A stretch of DNA of 64,000 bases, from IMG/VR virus record IMGVR_UViG_3300045988_159959. One strand, written 5' to 3'. Under the pieces are notes generated by a model, which was not told the DNA's origin, searched no databases, and saw nothing but the letters and a program-made list of their open reading frames with translations. How positions within the stretch are numbered: the first letter of the stretch is position 1; the number at the start of each line of letters is the position of its first letter. The translations under genes and the position numbers were made by a program. This DNA comes from a virus. Below are positions 59,600 through 64,000 of this stretch, piece by piece.

Positions 59600-62500
59600 C
59601 TATTTCCAACCACTTGGTACATTCTCACAATTTGTACCATAGAATGTTTGTGAATGACTTGTCACACTACTATCCGTACTGTCTGTTATCAATCTATAGT
59701 TAGGCGAACCACTTGATAATTCGTAAACCGGTACAGTAGCCAATTTTGAACAATTATAAAACATTCTGTCCATATTCACTTTTCCTACGCCCGGTGCAGA
59801 AGCTCTTGCGAATAAAGAAGTATAAGATATCGCATAAGCACTTTGTGTTCCAAGTGAAAGATTGGTACAACCGGAGAACATTTCTGTACAATCCAATGTG
59901 TTACCTAAAATATCCATAGGTGTATTCTCAAACTGATTACCTCTGTCCACATTAATAGGTCTCATTGTTGTAGAAGGCATCCCCACATAATTCCCTGTTC
60001 TTCCAAAAGAAGTCAAAGAAGTACAACTTGCAAAACATCTTCTAAGGTTAGTGAGTGTTGTCATTCCGTTAAAGAAATTTGCCGGAACCTGCTGCACTCC
60101 TGATCCTTCAAACATACTTGCAGCATTTTGTAGCTTTCCATTCTTCATATTAAAAGAAGTAATGTCAGCTACACTCTTACAATTAGCAAACATTCTTGAA
60201 GCGTTTGTTACGCTTGACGGAAGTGCTTCTCCATACGGAATTGAAAGATATGTACAGTTCTCAAAAAGAGACTGCATGTTAGTTGCTTTCGTATTAAAAG
60301 CAAACATGGCAGTAGACCATAAATCAACAAGACTTGTACAACCCACAAAACATCCCACAAATGAAACGATATTCGTACAATTCCTAAACCATATAACAGG
60401 AAGCGAGCTTATCTTTGTACAGCCTTGAAACGTATATTGCATATACTTAGCGTTCGTAGCATTGCTAAATGGTGAAGATGTAGCAGAAAGCCCACCTGTA
60501 TTTGTCAAAGCTGTACAATCTGCAAATACTGCATGAAAATCATCTACTCCACCCCCTCGTCCAAAAGTGCCACTTCCAACACAAGAAGCCAAACTTTTAC
60601 ATTCCCGGAACATAGAAGAATGGTATATACAAGAAAGGGGAACAAGTTGCCCACCCGGAAGTGATGTTACTCCACTACCATAAAAAGCACCGGCGCAAGA
60701 ATTTCCTGTCATTTTAGTAAACAACCCTGACGGAATTGATTTCAAAGACGTACAGCCTCTAAACCAACTTATAACACCTCCTGAAATAGAAGGAATTGCA
60801 TTTGTAGCAATGGAAGAAAGACTTGTACAACCCATAAAAGCACCGGGGTTTCCACCTGTAGCATCAATATTAAATGTACCCGTACTTCCTTGAATAGAAA
60901 AAGATTCAGGCCACTGCTTGATTGCTGTAGCTCTTGTATGGTTTTTGAAATTGGCACGAACTGTACCGGGACTATTTGTATTTCTACTTCCAGCTTGTAC
61001 CCTCACTTCACTTCCTACAATTTCATACACACCACTTGAAACAGAAGGTGTCTGTGGTGAACCACTATAAGTAACAATAAGGGCTTTCCATAAATAGAGG
61101 TAAATACTGCTACCGCCTGCATCCGTAATTTCTTCCCCTGTACTCACACATTGAGAATCGGAAGCAGAAGCATATACATATCCGCCGGAAGGAGAAGAAA
61201 CAGTTACCCTACCACTACCATTTGTTTGTTCTGTAGTGTTAGAATAGGTTGATCCGTCCGGCGCAGTAGTTCTTACACTAACAGAAGTATAAGCCTGTAA
61301 TACATTTTCTTTTCTTAAATAAATGTAAGTGGTTACAAGATCGTAATCCAACACAAAATCAATGTACACGTCAGAACCGGACATCGCCACATTATACTTT
61401 GTCTGCGATTGATAATTGGTAGCCGTACAAGTTGCATCGTATGTACCTGATTGAATACCTGTAAGTGTAAGTAAACCGGATGAATTTGTGTAACCACTCT
61501 TTCCTCCATAAGTTACATACGCCCTATTGATATTGTAACCATTTCTTGATTTTACAGTAATATGTGCATTGTATGTCTTATTCGATATACCAACCCTTTG
61601 CTGCGGCATGGATTCTTGATTGACCGTTACCGAATAGGTTGTTGTCTGATAATCGTAAACAGACACTTCACACACATACGTTTTCCCCATTTGCATGGTA
61701 AAGGTAGTTGTACCATCCGATCCGGTATTCTGTGTACTTAACCCTTCGGGCTTAATAGAAGCACCAGACACCGGAAGTCCCGTGTCCGAATTGTAAACAT
61801 AGAATTGCACCCTTACTTCTTTTCGCGGCATTGCAACATATACCGTTTTTGGAAGATCGTTCGGTTGCACCACTCCTACTTGATTTTCAAAATATTGTTT
61901 ACTTGCGACCCAATTGTACAGATTTCTTGGAACTTTAAAAACAACTTGTCCATTATTCGTCAAACCTTCCTGTTCACCACTGTTCAAACTGATTTTTGTT
62001 CCATTTGAAACAGAACTATTATCTTCTGTTACCACAAAAATAAGGTTGTATAAAATTTGAGACATATCAATAGTGACAGTCTGCGCGGCTCTATTTACAG
62101 TAAAAGACTGCTCCTTGTCGTTGTATTCTTCATAAGAAGCTACCGCCTTATATGTACCATTTGGAAGGTCTAATACAATTCCAGAAGAATCTTTTTGAGT
62201 ATAGGTATGCGTTTCATCCACTACAACAGTAGCACCCGTCAAAGCTACACCACCTGCTCCGATCACTTTAATAGTGGTTTTGTATGTCAGCCTTGCCAAA
62301 TCAATAGTCAAATTAGCATCCCCATAAAACTCATAGTTCTCTACAGTTACTCTTTGATAGTCATTCGTATAGCGAATATCATAAGTATATTTACCACCTA
62401 AAACGCCTTCAAAAAGAGCCTGACCGCTATCGTCCGTTACCTTCGTAAGTCCGGCAAAAGAAACTGTAACACCCTGTAAAGGAACTTTTTCACCAGTAAA

Positions 62501-63982
62501 GGTGTTGTAGTCATTTACAGTAAACACCATGTTGTAAGTAGGCATAGGATTAAAGTCAATAGCTACTTCTTTGTCACTATCCAAAGTAAGATTTCCATTT
62601 ACAGGAATCCAATTCTGTTTTTCAACCAAATAAGAGTAACTACCACCTAACAAATCATTAAAAACAGCCTTACCGTCTGTTCCTGTTCTTCTACTTTGTG
62701 AAACTACCAATGCGTTTTCATCCGATCTTTCGTTTGACACCAAAGTAACGTTTGCACCTTCTACTGCACCGGTAGAAGCATTTGTTACTGTAAATGTTAA
62801 ATCATAAAGCGGAATCAAAATCATTTCAACCGGTTCAGATTGGTCGTCCTGTACATTGATATTCTTGTTTATGGTATAATATCCATCTTTTGTGACAGTG
62901 TAAGGATAAAGACCGGGAAAAGCATAAAACACCGCATTACCATAAGAATCCGTATTTTTAAACTCTCCATTAAAAACTATCTGTGCACCGGAAATAGGAA
63001 GTCCTTGTCCATTCCTTACAATGAAAGTGATTTTTCTTTCGTAAATATCGCCTTGCAGCAAGATATATTCGATTTGAGTATCTTCTTCATCTTCCAAAAC
63101 CGATAAAAGATTATCTTTTATCGGTAAGAACAAGTTTTTCTCCACATCAACAGAATAATCACCAGGGAACAAAACTATATCAGCCTCCCCGTTTCTATTG
63201 GTTGTAAGAACATCTTCCAGAATAGAAATTTTTGCTCCCTCGATATAAGAGCCCCTATCAGAAATAACCTTGAAAATAACTTTCTTTTGAACCAAAGGAC
63301 GTATTTCATTATCTCCTATTATGTTTTTATAAGCAACCAAATAGGTTTCCATAAAGTCTTTCACACCTTCATTGCTTACCAAAGAGTTGTTTTTATAATA
63401 GGCGGCTATCACATCCTTTTCTCCCAAATGCCCTTGATAAAACGGCAAGAAAATAGGTTTTATCTTGATATCATAGATATAAACACTACTTGATGCTTGC
63501 GATCTGTCTTGGGTGAGAGAAAGCGACAAATAAGAAGTTCCTTCTTTCATTTGAAGTCCTCTGCCGTATAGGAAGTTCAAATCTACAGGACTTGCATAAG
63601 CTCTGTCTTTTCTTGACAAAATACCTCTACATTCGTAATAAACACCCGCAAATGGCAATCTTAAAATACCGTCCGTTACAGGAGCCTGTGAAGTTGTAAT
63701 TTTACTTACTTCATTTATATTCAGAACCCAACTATCATAATTGCTTGTAGAAGCAGACGTAACTTCAATATATTCCATAAATACCATACCGGCAGGTATG
63801 TCATATTTTGTATCGTACAAAGTCATTTCTACAGGCATATTTCCAGCTTCAATCGTTACAGCTTCGATCGTTGTTTCTTGTGTTTGGAACCTTACCTTTC
63901 TTGTTAATGTAATAGGATATTTAAAACTGGGAATCCAAAAAGAATAAGTTACGGGCATCGGTTCAGCGGTAGAAGCTATCAT
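59600..63982 (-). CDS. giant tail fibre/adhesin: tandem prealbumin-like (carboxypeptidase-regulatory-like) domains plus C-terminal BspA-type leucine-rich repeats
   Basis: At least 8 successive 80-90-aa units of the type ..V.V.....G.P..GA.V.......T...G...F..L..G.Y.Y.V....Y. The C-terminal about 450 aa carry repeated (M)F..C..L motifs (FMGCTSLSSI, WFRGCTSLKSIP, MFRECKSLAS, LFENCTYLSIP, MFANCKSVADI, MFYNCSKLATVP). The frame stays open to the window edge, so the start may lie beyond 64000. Confidence 0.75.
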   Translation of the reverse strand: MIASTAEPMPVTYSFWIPSFKYPITLTRKVRFQTQETTIEAVTIEAGNMPVEMTLYDTKYDIPAGMVFMEYIEVTSASTSNYDSWVLNINEVSKITTSQAPVTDGILRLPFAGVYYECRGILSRKDRAYASPVDLNFLYGRGLQMKEGTSYLSLSLTQDRSQASSSVYIYDIKIKPIFLPFYQGHLGEKDVIAAYYKNNSLVSNEGVKDFMETYLVAYKNIIGDNEIRPLVQKKVIFKVISDRGSYIEGAKISILEDVLTTNRNGEADIVLFPGDYSVDVEKNLFLPIKDNLLSVLEDEEDTQIEYILLQGDIYERKITFIVRNGQGLPISGAQIVFNGEFKNTDSYGNAVFYAFPGLYPYTVTKDGYYTINKNINVQDDQSEPVEMILIPLYDLTFTVTNASTGAVEGANVTLVSNERSDENALVVSQSRRTGTDGKAVFNDLLGGSYSYLVEKQNWIPVNGNLTLDSDKEVAIDFNPMPTYNMVFTVNDYNTFTGEKVPLQGVTVSFAGLTKVTDDSGQALFEGVLGGKYTYDIRYTNDYQRVTVENYEFYGDANLTIDLARLTYKTTIKVIGAGGVALTGATVVVDETHTYTQKDSSGIVLDLPNGTYKAVASYEEYNDKEQSFTVNRAAQTVTIDMSQILYNLIFVVTEDNSSVSNGTKISLNSGEQEGLTNNGQVVFKVPRNLYNWVASKQYFENQVGVVQPNDLPKTVYVAMPRKEVRVQFYVYNSDTGLPVSGASIKPEGLSTQNTGSDGTTTFTMQMGKTYVCEVSVYDYQTTTYSVTVNQESMPQQRVGISNKTYNAHITVKSRNGYNINRAYVTYGGKSGYTNSSGLLTLTGIQSGTYDATCTATNYQSQTKYNVAMSGSDVYIDFVLDYDLVTTYIYLRKENVLQAYTSVSVRTTAPDGSTYSNTTEQTNGSGRVTVSSPSGGYVYASASDSQCVSTGEEITDAGGSSIYLYLWKALIVTYSGSPQTPSVSSGVYEIVGSEVRVQAGSRNTNSPGTVRANFKNHTRATAIKQWPESFSIQGSTGTFNIDATGGNPGAFMGCTSLSSIATNAIPSISGGVISWFRGCTSLKSIPSGLFTKMTGNSCAGAFYGSGVTSLPGGQLVPLSCIYHSSMFRECKSLASCVGSGTFGRGGGVDDFHAVFADCTALTNTGGLSATSSPFSNATNAKYMQYTFQGCTKISSLPVIWFRNCTNIVSFVGCFVGCTSLVDLWSTAMFAFNTKATNMQSLFENCTYLSIPYGEALPSSVTNASRMFANCKSVADITSFNMKNGKLQNAASMFEGSGVQQVPANFFNGMTTLTNLRRCFASCTSLTSFGRTGNYVGMPSTTMRPINVDRGNQFENTPMDILGNTLDCTEMFSGCTNLSLGTQSAYAISYTSLFARASAPGVGKVNMDRMFYNCSKLATVPVYELSSGSPNYRLITDSTDSSVTSHSQTFYGTNCENVPSGWK

Positions 63983-64000
63983 CTCTGGCGGAAGACCTTC

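Noticed and set aside
59600-63982. A diversity-generating retroelement target in the fibre C-terminus.
   Set aside because: No reverse transcriptase ORF and no template/variable repeat pair is visible in the window.
1-64000. Prophage boundaries or an integration module.
   Set aside because: No integrase, excisionase, att-like tRNA fragment or flanking bacterial housekeeping gene was recognised. Every identifiable gene is phage-like.

Overview
This window looks like a contiguous stretch of an AT-rich, tightly packed dsDNA phage genome. The host is probably a Bacteroidota member: many intergenic regions carry the Bacteroides-type -7 promoter box TAnnTTTG, there are no obvious Shine-Dalgarno sites, and the fibre protein has BspA-type LRRs. 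All domain calls come from reading motifs by eye; no search was run. Layout: (1) 1-900 is ORF-poor and repeat-rich. (2) 920-7211 holds a short leftward operon plus two tandem TnpB-only IS200/IS605 (OMEGA) elements bracketing a 397-aa ORF. (3) 7555-13392 is a rightward array of small early-type genes that opens with an XRE HTH gene and ends with a Bro-N/KilAC gene. (4) 13393-16279 is a 2.9-kb ORF-free region full of repeats and hairpins. (5) 16280-23192 is a second rightward block, including a protein with a beta-clamp-like region. (6) 23611-63982 is one long leftward block. It encodes SF1 and SNF2 helicases, RNase H, Dam, NAD-ligase, RuvC, SbcCD, RecA, a gp32-like SSB, DnaE, MazG, primase, a DnaB-family helicase, TerL, a DEDDh exonuclease and a 1460-aa fibre. 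The main finding is a heavy load of selfish elements inside essential genes. A complete IscB gene with a 309-nt ORF-free upstream leader splits dnaE exactly at the catalytic palm motif. dnaE also carries an HNH intein, the SbcC-like ATPase carries an Ala1/WCT (class 3-like) mini-intein, and TerL carries a LAGLIDADG intein. A 20-bp palindrome, TGTAACA-N6-TGTTACA, is fused to the -7 box at operon starts on both strands. No tRNA, rRNA, CRISPR array, integrase or TnpA was seen.
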